Assembly: GCA_963833095.1 (NCBI GenBank) | Contig: CAWHWQ010000004.1 | Coordinates: 160,001-224,000 of the forward strand | DNA from: Vulcanimicrobiota bacterium | GTDB taxonomy: Bacteria > Vulcanimicrobiota > Vulcanimicrobiia > Vulcanimicrobiales > Vulcanimicrobiaceae | Length of the DNA: 64,000 nucleotides | Direction of reading: 5' to 3' | Part shown: positions 49,433-62,699 of the stretch, piece by piece | Layout: every line of letters starts with the position of its first letter | How positions within the stretch are numbered: the stretch's first letter is position 1 | Notes under the pieces: generated by a model | Databases searched by the model: none | What the model was told of the DNA's origin: nothing | Seen by the model: only the letters and a program-made list of their open reading frames with translations | Program-made: the position numbers and the translations under genes

Positions 49433-50557
49433 ATGGACTGTACGGTTGGAATCGGATTACTCGGATGCGGCACGGTCGGCGCGTCGGTCGCGCAGCGTCT
49501 GCTCTCCGAGCGCGACGCGATCGAGCGGCGCAGCGGCGTGCGCTACAAACTCCAGGCGATCGCCATCGCCAATCCGTTAAAAGCCCGCCCGGCCGAAATC
49601 GATCCGGCGCTCTTCACGAAGAACGCGCGCGCCGTCATCGACGATCCGCGCGTCGATCTGATCGTCGAAGCGATCGGCGGCACCCACGACGCCTCCGAAC
49701 TGCTCGAATACGCGCTCGAACGCGGCCGCACGGTCGTGACCGCCAACAAAGATCTCATCGCGACGCAAGGCCCGCGCCTCTTTGCCCTGGCCCATTCGCG
49801 CGGTGCGCGCTTGCGCTACGAAGCCGCCGCCTGCGGGGCGATTCCGGTGATCCGCGTGCTCGACGACGCGCTCGCCGGCGATTACGTTCACGCCTTCGGC
49901 GGCGTGGTCAACGGCACGTGCACCTACATTCTCTCGCAGATGGAACGCGGCGAAGAGTACGACGTCGCGCTGCGCCGCGCACAAGAACTGGGCTTTGCCG
50001 AAGTCGATCCGACCAGCGACGTCGAGGGCCTCGACGCCGCGCACAAACTCGCACTGCTCATGCAGCTCGCGTTTCAAATGGCGGTGATCTCGCCGCGCTT
50101 ACGCCGCAGCGGCATCAGCGGGGTGAGCAAACGCGACGTGGCCCGCGCGCAAATGCTCGGCTATCGCATTCGCCTGGTCGCCGCCGCCACACGCAACGGC
50201 AACGTTGCCAGCGGCGAAGTCGCCCCGGTGCTCGTACCCGAAGCGCATCCGTTTGCGCAGGCCAGCGGACCCGAAAACGTCGTGCGCGTCGTCTCGCGCG
50301 ATGCGGGTGCGCTGCTGCTCTCCGGCACCGGCGCCGGCGGTTTTCCCACCGCGTCGGCGGTGCTCGGCGACGTGGTCACGGCGCTGCGCGACATCGCCAA
50401 TCAGCGCGCGGTGAATTACCCCGCGCTCAATCCCGCGCTCGATATCGCACCGCTGTTTGCGAACCTCGCGCGCCATCCCGAACTCCCACGCTATCCGGTG
50501 TGGGATGACTCGCTCCTCGAAGCTCCGGTCTCGCAGGTTGAAACTGCGTTCTCATGA
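49433..50557 (+). CDS. hom: Homoserine dehydrogenase (no evident ACT domain)
   Basis: GLLGCGTVG, VTANK, YEAA..GAIP, NGTCTYIL, DVEGLDAAHK, GAGGFPTASAV. Confidence 0.92.
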   Translation: MDCTVGIGLLGCGTVGASVAQRLLSERDAIERRSGVRYKLQAIAIANPLKARPAEIDPALFTKNARAVIDDPRVDLIVEAIGGTHDASELLEYALERGRTVVTANKDLIATQGPRLFALAHSRGARLRYEAAACGAIPVIRVLDDALAGDYVHAFGGVVNGTCTYILSQMERGEEYDVALRRAQELGFAEVDPTSDVEGLDAAHKLALLMQLAFQMAVISPRLRRSGISGVSKRDVARAQMLGYRIRLVAAATRNGNVASGEVAPVLVPEAHPFAQASGPENVVRVVSRDAGALLLSGTGAGGFPTASAVLGDVVTALRDIANQRAVNYPALNPALDIAPLFANLARHPELPRYPVWDDSLLEAPVSQVETAFS

Positions 50558-52858
<2,301 letters not shown>

Positions 52859-52967
52859 GCATCCAATGGCCGGTGAGCGTTTTGAAACGCTTCTTGCGCC
52901 TTACGACCTATTTCCGGGCCGCCTTCCACGTGGGAATGATGATATACTCGTCCCACAAGGAGCCTGC

Positions 52968-53372
52968 GTGAGCGCCGAACCCCTCGAAAGCCGGATAGCC
53001 CGTATGGAGGGCGTCAACGTCCAGATCGCCGATCGCCTGAACAGCATCGACGGGCGGCTTGATTCGCTCGACGGCCGTATCGACTCACTCGATCGTAGCT
53101 TACGATCCGAGATTGGCGGAGTTCGCTCCGAGTTCGGCACCCTGCGCTCCGAGTTCGGCACCCTGCGCTCCGAGATGAATTCTCGCTTCACGCAGATCGA
53201 CGGTCGCTTTACGCAAATCGATGGGCGCTTTACACAAATCGACGGGCGCTTTTTGCAGATCGACGGCCGCTTCGCACAGATGGACCAAAAATTCACTTGG
53301 GTCATCGGCATTGTCGTGGCGTCTTGGACGACGAGCATGACGGCAACGCTGGCGCTATTCTTCCGCCACTGA
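52968..53372 (+). CDS. Heptad-repeat coiled-coil protein with C-terminal membrane anchor
   Basis: AAGGAG RBS and GTG; RSEFGTL x2, RFxQIDG x4; hydrophobic C-terminus. Confidence 0.75.
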   Translation: MSAEPLESRIARMEGVNVQIADRLNSIDGRLDSLDGRIDSLDRSLRSEIGGVRSEFGTLRSEFGTLRSEMNSRFTQIDGRFTQIDGRFTQIDGRFLQIDGRFAQMDQKFTWVIGIVVASWTTSMTATLALFFRH

Positions 53373-53476
53373 GCGGTCGCGAGTTCGCGCATTTGTGTTG
53401 CATTTACCCATTGTTGCAATAGTGGGGGAGCGCAACCCCCCAAGCTAAAAGCGTAAAGCATAGCTCTGCATGTGAG

Positions 53477-55435
53477 GTGCTTAAGGTGAGATGCTTTGCG
53501 ACGTCCGCTACCATCGGGATGTTAACGACTCTAGCTATTTTCGCTCCCGCAACGTCTTCGGCTGCGGATTTGTTTTCCGGACAAGTCCAAATCGGCCACG
53601 CTCCGATCCCAGGTGCGACCGTCACACTGTGGTCGGCGGGCACCGGCGCGCCGATGAAACTCGACGAGACGCGATCCGACGCAAACGGCCGCTTTAGCAT
53701 CCGCAGCTTTTTTCACGGCGATCAGAAGAACTTCGATCTCTATCTGATCGCGAAGGGCGCGCGACCCGGGCTCGTGCTGGCGACCGTCCTTGGAAATCGC
53801 GCACCGCACACCGTCGTCATCAACGAGCTTACGACCGTTGCCTCGGCGTTTACCAACGCACAGTTTTATCACGGTGATGCGATCTCCGGCAATCAACTCG
53901 GGCTTCAAATCGCCGCCGGAAATGTGCCCAATCTCGTGAATCCCTCCACGGGCACTTGGGGCAAGGTGCTCTTGGATCCGCTCAACAGCACGCAAACCGC
54001 AACGCTCGCGACATTGGATACACTGGGTTCACTGATCACCGCCTATGCAACAACCGCCGACGACACGTGGCGAGGCAGCTTCCTGAAATCCTCGGCCGAC
54101 ACGCTCCAAGCGATGAGCGCTATCGCGCGCACGTCGTGGAGCGACCCCAAAGGGCTGTTCGCACTCTTCGATCAGGCGTATCCTCAACCCAAGGACGGCT
54201 CGCGCCGCGCGGCGCCGTTCGTTCCGTATCTTGCCTGGGCGCCGCCCGACTTCGCGCTGAGCCTATGCTTTGCAGGCGGTGGAACGTATTCTGCCGGCCG
54301 GCTGATGTTCGACGCAAACGGCAACCTCTGGAGCGGTCAAAACTGGATGGCCGGCTCACAGTCCGGCGTTATTCAAAGCATCGGCGGCGGCGTGGTAAAG
54401 ATGGCGCCCAACGGAACCGCGCTCTCGCCGGCGATCACCGGATTCACCGGCATGGGCGTCGATGGCGTTGGATGGGGAACCGGCGTCACGCGCAGCAACG
54501 TCTGGGCAACCAGTTTCGACGGCAAGATCTTGATCATGGATTTCAACGGGCGGCCGGTGGCTAAAGAGAGCGATTTGCCGTTCAAGCAAAAGCTGCTCGG
54601 TTTGATGGGCGTTGGTATTGCGACCAACGGCGATGTCTGGATCGCCGACGGGTCCGACAATCAGCTCCTGTACTTTCCGGGGGGTCGAATCAAGAATGGC
54701 CGCATCGTCAAAGTCGCGGGGCTTAAATCGCCATTCGATATCGTCATCGACAATCAGAATCGCGTCTGGGTCAGCAACTCGCAGTCGTATACCGTCCTGC
54801 GCTTTCCGGCGAACGATCCTTCTAAGGTCGAGACCTTTAAGGTGGGAATCAGCGTACGAGCGCTTGCACTAGACACGCAAGGCAACGTGTGGGTCGCGAG
54901 CAACGCGTCGCTCGACTTCCCCGTTCCAACGATACCCGATGGCGCATCCATCATGGAGCAATTCCGTCTTCTGGGTGCAGCCGCGCTGCGCTACAACAAA
55001 CCGACCGGCTTCGTGAGCATGATCCGTCCCGACGGCACGCAGCCCAATCCCGAAGGCTTTACGGGAGGCGGCGTTATCAACATCCCCTGGGGCTTAAATA
55101 TCGACGGCAACGGTGACGTGTGGGTCGGCAACTTCAAAGGACGCAGCGTCGTGTTGATGGCGGGCGCAACGCCGAAGGGACATGCGGCCGGTGCCAAGAC
55201 CGGCGACGTTCTCCACGTGTTCAGCGGTGGCAGTATCCAAATGATCACGGATGTGTCGATCGATCCCGCAGGCAATGTGTGGGTCGCGAACAACTGGAAC
55301 GCGCCGGAAGGCGCGGGTGGGAATCCGCCGCCCTTTCCGGTTTCAACGTGGGGAGGCGGCTCAGGTATTACCGTCATCTACGGCGCAGCGGCGCCGGTGA
55401 AATCACCGCGAATGGGTCCGGTGCGACCGTATTAG
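53477..55435 (+). CDS. Secreted NHL-repeat beta-propeller protein
   Basis: Signal peptide; repeated D..GNVWV blades; VINELTTVASA. Confidence 0.8.
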   Translation: MLKVRCFATSATIGMLTTLAIFAPATSSAADLFSGQVQIGHAPIPGATVTLWSAGTGAPMKLDETRSDANGRFSIRSFFHGDQKNFDLYLIAKGARPGLVLATVLGNRAPHTVVINELTTVASAFTNAQFYHGDAISGNQLGLQIAAGNVPNLVNPSTGTWGKVLLDPLNSTQTATLATLDTLGSLITAYATTADDTWRGSFLKSSADTLQAMSAIARTSWSDPKGLFALFDQAYPQPKDGSRRAAPFVPYLAWAPPDFALSLCFAGGGTYSAGRLMFDANGNLWSGQNWMAGSQSGVIQSIGGGVVKMAPNGTALSPAITGFTGMGVDGVGWGTGVTRSNVWATSFDGKILIMDFNGRPVAKESDLPFKQKLLGLMGVGIATNGDVWIADGSDNQLLYFPGGRIKNGRIVKVAGLKSPFDIVIDNQNRVWVSNSQSYTVLRFPANDPSKVETFKVGISVRALALDTQGNVWVASNASLDFPVPTIPDGASIMEQFRLLGAAALRYNKPTGFVSMIRPDGTQPNPEGFTGGGVINIPWGLNIDGNGDVWVGNFKGRSVVLMAGATPKGHAAGAKTGDVLHVFSGGSIQMITDVSIDPAGNVWVANNWNAPEGAGGNPPPFPVSTWGGGSGITVIYGAAAPVKSPRMGPVRPY

Positions 55436-55528
55436 CGTGCGCATCGTGATCGTCGTCGCGACCATGCGCTCATTGCTACGGTAACTGCGCGCTGGGCGAG
55501 AATCCGCCCTGCTTTCTCTTCTATTACA

Positions 55529-55990
55529 CTAGCTGGGTTGGTCGAAGAAGCCCGGTTTGCTTTGCCCGACTTCGATGATGTACCCATCGGGATCGCGGAT
55601 GTAGCAGCGCGTCTCGCCGTACTTATCGAGCGGCTCGGTGAGAAACGTCGCGCCGCGGCTGCGCCACAATTCGTAGCACGCCGCGATGTCCGCAACGCGA
55701 AGATTCATGAAGCTGCTGATCACATGTGGGTTGGGAGTCTGGAGCGTTACGCCCGGTTTGTCCGGCGTCGGACCGCCTCCCGGGTTAAAGATGAGCCACG
55801 TGTTCGCGATTTGAACGTAGGCTGGGTCGTCGGGTCCTCTTAGGCTTTTGCGCGTAACTTTTGCGCCGAAAACCGTTTGATAGAATTGCACCGAGCGCTC
55901 GACGTCGGTGACGGTGAGAAAGAGCGCGGCGGTAAACCCCACTTGCGGTGGTATCGTATAGTCGATCTGCGCGACCTGGACTTCATCCAT
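55529..55990 (-). CDS. VOC/glyoxalase family protein
   Basis: Starts MDEVQV; ETRCYIRDPDGYIIEVGQ. Confidence 0.85.
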   Translation of the reverse strand: MDEVQVAQIDYTIPPQVGFTAALFLTVTDVERSVQFYQTVFGAKVTRKSLRGPDDPAYVQIANTWLIFNPGGGPTPDKPGVTLQTPNPHVISSFMNLRVADIAACYELWRSRGATFLTEPLDKYGETRCYIRDPDGYIIEVGQSKPGFFDQPS

Positions 55991-56851
55991 ACTTGAACCC
56001 CGATTTGCTTTGGCCGACTTCGATGATGTAGCCGTCAGGGTCGCGGATATAGCAACGCGTCTCGCCGTACTTGTCAGAGGTTCGGTCAGAAACGTTGCGC
56101 CGCGGCTCTTCCAGAGCTCGTAGCATGGCCTGAATATCGGCAACGCGAATATTCAAGAAACTGCTGAACTCGTTGAGGGTGGGTGGGGTTCGCAGCGTTA
56201 CCGTCGGTTTATCGGGTGTCGGGCCACCGCCAACGTTGAGAATCATCCACGTATTGGCAATCCGAATGTACGGTGGCTCACCTCCCTGGTCGCCCATGCT
56301 CACGATTTCTCCGCCGAAGACCGTCGCGTAGAAGTTGGCGGATCGCGCTTGGGGTCGGCCACGGTGAGAAATTGCGCGATCGTCAAATCTTCGCCCGACG
56401 GCACTTCCCTGTACCCGGGCGTGCTTTGCCCGACTTCGATGATGTAACCGTCAGGATCGCGGATGTAGCAGCGCGTTTCGCCGTACTTCTCGATCGGTTC
56501 GGTGAGAAAGGTTGCGCCGCGGCTCTTCCAGAGCGTGTAGCACTTCGCAATATCCGCCACGCGGATATTCATGAAACTGCTGAACACGTTGGGGTCAGGC
56601 GGGGTTCGCAGCGTCACCGTCGGTTTGTCGGGTGTCGGGCCGCCGCCAACGTTGAGAATCATCCAGATGTTGGCGATCTTGATGTAGGGCGGGGCATTCC
56701 CGTCGCCCATGCTCACGATTTCTCCGCCGAAGACCGTTGCGTAGTATTTCGCCGAGCGCTCGAGGTCGGACACGGTGAGAAACTGCGCAATGGTGATCCC
56801 CTCGCGGGGTGGCATCTCAAAGGTCTTCTGATCGACTTGTACTTCGTCCAT
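55983..56851 (-). CDS. Two-domain VOC protein; second domain has three frameshifts
   Basis: Two near-identical GGGPTPDKP...RCYIRDPDG modules; frame changes near 56340, 56128 and 56075. Confidence 0.7.
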
Positions 56852-56916
56852 GCCCCCATCCTAGCACTACGATTTACGAGCGCAATAGGTACTAAAAGTG
56901 TGCTATTTTGGAGTCT

Positions 56917-57510
56917 ATGATTCGGCGGCTCCGCAGGCGCGATTTGCCCATCGATACGATCGAGCTTGCCCGCTTCCTGATCGGCAAAATGCTGGTGCAC
57001 GATCTTCACGGGCAGCGAACCAGCGGCCGCATCGTGGAAACCGAAGCGTATCCGGTCGGCGATGCGGCCGGGCATGCGTTCGGCGGCAAAACGAAAAGGA
57101 ACGCGTCGCTCTACCTGTCGCCCGGTCACGCCTATGTGTACTTCGTCTATGGCATGTATTATTGCATGAACGTTTCGAGCGAACGCACCGGCGTCGGTGC
57201 CGGCGTGTTGATTCGCGCGCTCGAGCCGATCGACGGAATCGACCTGATGAAGGAGCGTCGCAGCGCGTCGTCACCGCGCGATCTTGCGCGTGGGCCGGGC
57301 CGTCTCACCCTCGCAATGGCAATCGATTTGCAGTACGATGGGGTGGATTTGTGCACGGATCGCGGACTGTGGCTTGGCGTGTCTGATGCCGAATATCGCG
57401 GCGTCGTGTCAGCGACGACGCGAATCGGCCTCAGCCGCGAGCAACACCAGCCTTGGCGCTTCTATGAGCACGGCAGCACGTTCGTCAGCGGACGACTACC
57501 CCGAGAGTAG
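56917..57510 (+). CDS. mpg: 3-methyladenine DNA glycosylase (MPG/AAG family)
   Basis: [40 protein letters not shown]. Confidence 0.92.
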   Translation: MIRRLRRRDLPIDTIELARFLIGKMLVHDLHGQRTSGRIVETEAYPVGDAAGHAFGGKTKRNASLYLSPGHAYVYFVYGMYYCMNVSSERTGVGAGVLIRALEPIDGIDLMKERRSASSPRDLARGPGRLTLAMAIDLQYDGVDLCTDRGLWLGVSDAEYRGVVSATTRIGLSREQHQPWRFYEHGSTFVSGRLPRE

Positions 57511-59543
57511 AGGTCTTCGATCCTGACTGGAAGGTCGCGCACGCGCACGCCGGTCGCATGATACACGGCGGCAGTAATCGCGGGCGCGACGCCCGCCAAG
57601 CCGATCTCGCCGAGGCCGCGAGCGCCAAGCGCATTGAGCTCGTAGTCGGGATAATCCAGAAAGGTCACGTCCATCGCGGGGTGATCCGCATTCGACGCAA
57701 CCACGTAGTCGGCCAAGTTGCGATTGAGCGGCGCCGCGCTTTGCGGATCGTACCGCGTCTCTTCAAACAACGCCATGCCGACGCCAAAAACGACCGACCC
57801 TTCGATTTGGTTACGCGCCGTCATTGGGTTGATGATCCTGCCGGCATCGATCACGGTGACGGTGCGTCGCACGCGCAAACGCGCGATCTCGGGCTGCCAG
57901 GTGACTTCGACGAACTGCGCGCCGAAGCTATGGCTCGATTTCTTCGGCGTGGCGGTGTCGAGATACGTCCCGGTCGATCGGCCGATCCCGACGCCGTTTT
58001 TCAACGCTTCCGTACACGCCATAATCGTCGCGGGGATGAGCGATGCGGTCGCCATGGAGCCGCCGGACATGGGGCCGGGCGGCAGCGATGAATCGCCGAT
58101 TGAAACCGTAATCCGCTCGATTGGCATTCCCAACGCGTCGCTCGCGATCTGCGCGAGCATCGTGTAGGTTCCGGTACCGATGTCTTGGGTCGCACACAAG
58201 AGGCGCGCGCTGTCATGCTGCAGCTCCACGCGCACCTCGCAGTCCAGGCTGTCGGCGATGTATGAACAGCCCGCCATGCCCCAGCCGACGATCATGCCAT
58301 CTTTGCGCATCGAGCCGACCGCGGGTGTGCGTTGCTCCCACCCGAACTTCTTCGCACCCACGTCGTAGCACTCGGCGACGTGACACGACGTGAACGGGAT
58401 GTCGAGGCCTTCGTCATGTTGGGGCGCGCTGCGCAAGCGCAACGCGACGGGATCCATTTTCAACAGCACGGCCAGCTCGTCGAGAGCCGACTCGGTTGCA
58501 AAGAGTCCGGGAGCTGCGCCCGGGGCGCGCATCGAAGTCGGCGCGCCCACATTGCGCTTGGCAATGCCGCTGCTAATGCGCAGATTCGACGTACTGTAGA
58601 AGTAGGGCGTGGCCTCCCAACAGTACTCGTCGTAGTCGCCGAGCATGTTGCTGTGGTTGGTGTAGTCGTGTTGCAGCGACGTCAGATCGCCGTCTGCGGT
58701 GGCGCTCACACGCATGCGCTGCACGGTGACCGGGCGGTGCCCCACGTTCATGAACATCTGCTCGCGCGCGATGACCACTTTCACGGGTTGACCGAGATTT
58801 CGCGCGGCTGCCGCGGCGAGCGGTGAATGCGTCCACGGCCACAATTTTCCGCCGAATCCCGCACCCAGGTAACGCGTGATCACGCGGACCTTCTCGACTG
58901 GAATCCCGAGCATCTGCGCCAGCACGCCGCGGTGATTTACCACCGCCATGGAGGTCTCGTGAAGCGTAACCGCGTCACCGTCCCACCTAGCAACCGTCGC
59001 GTGCAACTCCATCGGATTGTGCGTCTCGACCGGCGTGCTGTAGGTGGCGTCGAGTTTGAACTCTGCCTGTGCGAATGCTTTGTCGGGATCACCGCGCTGG
59101 CTCACGATTTTGCGCTCGCCTTGCGCGACGGTGATCGGAGCCGTCAGCGCCACGTCGGGCGCGTAGCTAATCCGGAGGTGGGCTGCGCCTTCGGCCGCTG
59201 ACTCGAGCGTCTTTGCGACCACGAGCGCGACGTACTGTCCGTAGTACGCAATCTGGTCATCCACCAGCGGTGCGCGCGTCTCGTCGGCGTACGCGACGCC
59301 CGGCGCCAGTGGCGCTGTCAGCGAATGAAGAGCGCCGATGTTGGTATGATCGTACACGGCGACGACGCCCGGCACCGCAAGCGCAGCTTCGGCATCGACG
59401 CGCAGCACCTTACCTGCAGCGATCGTGCTGCCAACCGGCACGCCGTAGAGCATCCCGTTTTCGATGCGATCCGAGGCATAGTCGGCCGCGCCGGTTACTT
59501 TGAGCCGCCCTTCGATCCGGCGGATCGGTGTTCCCACGCTCAT
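57462..59543 (-). CDS. Xanthine dehydrogenase family molybdopterin-binding subunit
   Basis: [45 protein letters not shown]. Confidence 0.9.
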   Translation of the reverse strand: MSVGTPIRRIEGRLKVTGAADYASDRIENGMLYGVPVGSTIAAGKVLRVDAEAALAVPGVVAVYDHTNIGALHSLTAPLAPGVAYADETRAPLVDDQIAYYGQYVALVVAKTLESAAEGAAHLRISYAPDVALTAPITVAQGERKIVSQRGDPDKAFAQAEFKLDATYSTPVETHNPMELHATVARWDGDAVTLHETSMAVVNHRGVLAQMLGIPVEKVRVITRYLGAGFGGKLWPWTHSPLAAAAARNLGQPVKVVIAREQMFMNVGHRPVTVQRMRVSATADGDLTSLQHDYTNHSNMLGDYDEYCWEATPYFYSTSNLRISSGIAKRNVGAPTSMRAPGAAPGLFATESALDELAVLLKMDPVALRLRSAPQHDEGLDIPFTSCHVAECYDVGAKKFGWEQRTPAVGSMRKDGMIVGWGMAGCSYIADSLDCEVRVELQHDSARLLCATQDIGTGTYTMLAQIASDALGMPIERITVSIGDSSLPPGPMSGGSMATASLIPATIMACTEALKNGVGIGRSTGTYLDTATPKKSSHSFGAQFVEVTWQPEIARLRVRRTVTVIDAGRIINPMTARNQIEGSVVFGVGMALFEETRYDPQSAAPLNRNLADYVVASNADHPAMDVTFLDYPDYELNALGARGLGEIGLAGVAPAITAAVYHATGVRVRDLPVRIEDLYSRGSRPLTNVLPCS

Positions 59544-59577
59544 GACGTCACCTCATGTCACAACCACTTCTACGCGG

Positions 59578-60423
59578 TCACGGAACGATGGCGTAAACGC
59601 CGAGCGCGCCTACGCCCTGGTGCGTGGCAATCGTCAGCGAGGCTTCGCGCATGTATTCCTGCGCCGGCGCGTGACCCAGTTTTGTTTCGAACATTTTTTT
59701 GAGCGCTGTTGCCGCTTCTTCAGCCTGCGTGTGACCGAATGAAACGCGAACGTTTGGCGCGTGCCCAATCGCGCGAACGACCGCCTCGACCATCAGCTCG
59801 CACGTCTTCTCGAACGAAAAGCTCTGACCCGCCGGTACGATTACGCCATCTTCGCTAAACTTGAGCACCAACCGCACGTTTGTCAGCGAGCCGAGCGCAA
59901 CAACTGCAGCCGGCAGCCGGCCGCTGCGCCCGAGCGTCGCAAGATCGTGCATCGCAAAATACGCCGCGCTGTTGAGAGCCTTCGGGTCCACGCGCTTGGC
60001 AATCTCGGCCAGAGAGGTACCGCCCTTGGCAAGCTCGACGGCGTAGAGCGCGAGCAGCGTCTGAGCACCCGCCGAACCCTGCGAGTCAACCACGCGCACG
60101 CGAGCGTCGAACGCTTTTGCCGCAGCGAGCGCATTTGCGTAGCTCTGCGAAATCTTTGACGAGAGCACGATCGCCACGACGTCGTCTCCGGCGTCGATCG
60201 CTTTGGCGAAGATTTCCTGAAATTGCGCCTGAGACGGGGATTCGGTCTTGGGAATCTCGCCCGCCCCAACGCGGCGAAAAAAGGTCGCGCGATCGATGTC
60301 AATGCCGTCGCGAAAACGGTCATCTCCCAGCAATACCCACACGGGCACGATCTCGATTCCCAGGCTCGTTGCCTCGGCGCGGGAGAGATCGCTACCACTA
60401 TCGGTGACAACCGTAACGCCCAC
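59578..60423 (-). CDS. DegV family fatty-acid-binding protein
   Basis: VVTDSGSDL, PKTESP, LSSKISQSY, VVDS, SGRL. Confidence 0.88.
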   Translation of the reverse strand: MGVTVVTDSGSDLSRAEATSLGIEIVPVWVLLGDDRFRDGIDIDRATFFRRVGAGEIPKTESPSQAQFQEIFAKAIDAGDDVVAIVLSSKISQSYANALAAAKAFDARVRVVDSQGSAGAQTLLALYAVELAKGGTSLAEIAKRVDPKALNSAAYFAMHDLATLGRSGRLPAAVVALGSLTNVRLVLKFSEDGVIVPAGQSFSFEKTCELMVEAVVRAIGHAPNVRVSFGHTQAEEAATALKKMFETKLGHAPAQEYMREASLTIATHQGVGALGVYAIVP

Positions 60424-60508
60424 GATTCGTTAGATCCTCGAACCTCCATCGAACGCTGTCCTAGACGACCGCCGCCGGGCCCAGTCTGCCCGCGCTATCC
60501 TCAAATGC

Positions 60509-60949
60509 ATGCGTACAATAGGTTGCCTCGCAACCCTTCTCCTTTGCCTCGCCACAGCAGTGCCGTGTCTTGCTACCGGCACTTTTCGCGTCCAGGAGAG
60601 CAACGGGCCCGTGCGCGTTTATAAGGACGTCTCGATTAAGGTCGTCCACCAAACGCTGCGCGTCACGTCCGCCGACGGCGAAGCGACCTTCGTTATCAAT
60701 CACGCGGCCTGCGCCTACGATGGCTATCTCGAGCGCTGTACTCCCATCAAAATGAGCCTCGAGCGAGACGGTACCACAAGATCGATCGATTTCACCGGCG
60801 GAACGATCTACGTCAACCCGACCCGCAGCACGCAGCAGCTCACACACTCGTCGACGCAGTTGCCGCCGCATGGCATCCTCTTCTCCATCCGTACGAAGAT
60901 CGGCGCCTTCGTGTCGCTGAGCGGACAGATCGATGGGTTAGTGCGCTAG
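60509..60949 (+). CDS. Secreted hypothetical protein
   Basis: Signal peptide; TATCCT 7 nt upstream of ATG. Confidence 0.65.
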   Translation: MRTIGCLATLLLCLATAVPCLATGTFRVQESNGPVRVYKDVSIKVVHQTLRVTSADGEATFVINHAACAYDGYLERCTPIKMSLERDGTTRSIDFTGGTIYVNPTRSTQQLTHSSTQLPPHGILFSIRTKIGAFVSLSGQIDGLVR

Positions 60950-61858
60950 ATGCTGCACGGGCTACTGCTGGCAGTAGCGCTGCTGGCTTCGGGAACACCA
61001 ACGCCGGCGCCCTCGGCACAGCCCTTCGACCTTAGCAAACTGACGCCGCAACAGCAGGCGGCCGTCCAAGCCGCGATCGTGAAACTCTCGCAAAATCCGG
61101 TCGGAAATATCGCCGCGATTCCGTTCCAAAACAACTTCAATTTCGGCGTTGGTCCGTACGCGCGCTTTCAATATAATCTCAACGTGCAGCCGGTGATCCC
61201 CGTGGCCCTGGGTACGAGCGCGAACCTCATCCTGCGCACGATCATCCCCGTCTTGGTCCAGCCGTCGTTTGCGTCACCGGCGACCTGCGGCCGGACCGAA
61301 GTCTGCGCATCGACGTCGGGCGTCGGCGACATTCAAGAGCAAACGTTCTATGCGCCAAAAACCAAGCCGGGCGAACTGGTGTGGGGCGCGGGGCCCGTGT
61401 TTCAAATCCCAAGCGCGACGCCGGGAACACTGGGCGCCGGGAAGTGGGCGGCCGGTCCGGACCTGGTGCTCTTGGAGATGCCCGGTCGTACGGTGTTCGG
61501 AATCCTGATGACGCAAATTTGGTCCTTTGCCGGTCAGACCAATCGGCAAAACATCAGCGCTGCGCTGTTTCAGCCCTTCTTCAACTACAACCTCAAAAAC
61601 GGGTGGACGCTTTCGACCGCGCCGAGCATCACCGCGAACTGGGTCGCGGCCAAGAATAAATGGGCCGTTCCACTGGGCGCCGGCGTATCGAAAACGTTCA
61701 AAGCCGGCGATCAGGTGATGCAACTCTCCGCGCAATATTACAGCTACGTCGCGCGGCCGATCACCGCACCGCAAACCAACGTAAAAGTCTCATGGTCCCT
61801 CCTCTTCCCGATCAAACGCGGCATCGACATTGGCGAACTGATCAAGGAGAACATGTAA
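60950..61858 (+). CDS. Putative outer-membrane beta-barrel/transporter-like protein
   Basis: Signal peptide; QNPV...PFQNN, NVQPVIP, GVGD, QPFFNYN, aromatic amphipathic strands. Confidence 0.65.
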   Translation: MLHGLLLAVALLASGTPTPAPSAQPFDLSKLTPQQQAAVQAAIVKLSQNPVGNIAAIPFQNNFNFGVGPYARFQYNLNVQPVIPVALGTSANLILRTIIPVLVQPSFASPATCGRTEVCASTSGVGDIQEQTFYAPKTKPGELVWGAGPVFQIPSATPGTLGAGKWAAGPDLVLLEMPGRTVFGILMTQIWSFAGQTNRQNISAALFQPFFNYNLKNGWTLSTAPSITANWVAAKNKWAVPLGAGVSKTFKAGDQVMQLSAQYYSYVARPITAPQTNVKVSWSLLFPIKRGIDIGELIKENM

Positions 61859-61859
61859 C

Positions 61860-62699
61860 ATGACGCCGGAAAAACTCGCGGTTGTCGTCTTTCTGATCTG
61901 TTTCATGCTAGTGGCCGGCTTGCAATGCGACTTCGCCGAGCTGCGTGAAGCATTTCAAAGTCCGATGCGCTTGCTGCGGATCTTCGCGGCGAATTTCGTG
62001 CTCGTTCCGATCATCGGCGTGATCGTCGTCCGGTTGTTTGCGCTCGACATCTATGTCGCGACCGGCATTCTGCTCATGGCGATCTCTCCCGGCGTTCCCT
62101 TTCTCCCGTTGATTGCCGGATCGGGCAAGGGCGGAAGTGCCGGCCTTGCAACTGGCCTCGCCGTGATCTTGCCGGCCGTCTCGATCATCACCGTTCCCAT
62201 CACCGCGCCACTGGTGCTTCCCGCCGACGCGGCTGCGCACATCACCCTCGCCTCATTCATTGCAAGCCTCCTGCTGGTCCAGTTGCTGCCGCTGTGCGTT
62301 GGTCTCGTTATCCGGGCGCGCTTCGGCAAGGTCGCCCCGATGCTCACCAAGCTCGTCGCGATTGTCCTCGCCGTCGCCGGCATCGTGGTGCTCTTCTACC
62401 TCGTTCCGCAAATGGGCAAAGCCTTTGCGGCCGTTTACGGATCGCGCGGCCTGATTGCGTCGCTCGTGATCATCGTGCTCTGCGCCGGCGTCGGTTTGCT
62501 CCTTGGCGGAAAGACGCCGGCGTACCGGGTCACCCTATCCATTTCCACGATCATGCGCAACGTTGGTCTAGCAACCCTCATCGCGACGCAGAATTTCCAC
62601 GGCACGGTCGCAGGAGCGGCCGTACTCGCGTATTTCGTCATGCAATTCATCTTTGCCAACCTGATCGGCATGTACTATAAACGAAGAGAGGCCAAATGA
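61860..62699 (+). CDS. Bile acid:sodium symporter family protein
   Basis: ANFVLVP, SPG, QLLPL..GL, RNVGLA. Confidence 0.82.
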   Translation: MTPEKLAVVVFLICFMLVAGLQCDFAELREAFQSPMRLLRIFAANFVLVPIIGVIVVRLFALDIYVATGILLMAISPGVPFLPLIAGSGKGGSAGLATGLAVILPAVSIITVPITAPLVLPADAAAHITLASFIASLLLVQLLPLCVGLVIRARFGKVAPMLTKLVAIVLAVAGIVVLFYLVPQMGKAFAAVYGSRGLIASLVIIVLCAGVGLLLGGKTPAYRVTLSISTIMRNVGLATLIATQNFHGTVAGAAVLAYFVMQFIFANLIGMYYKRREAK

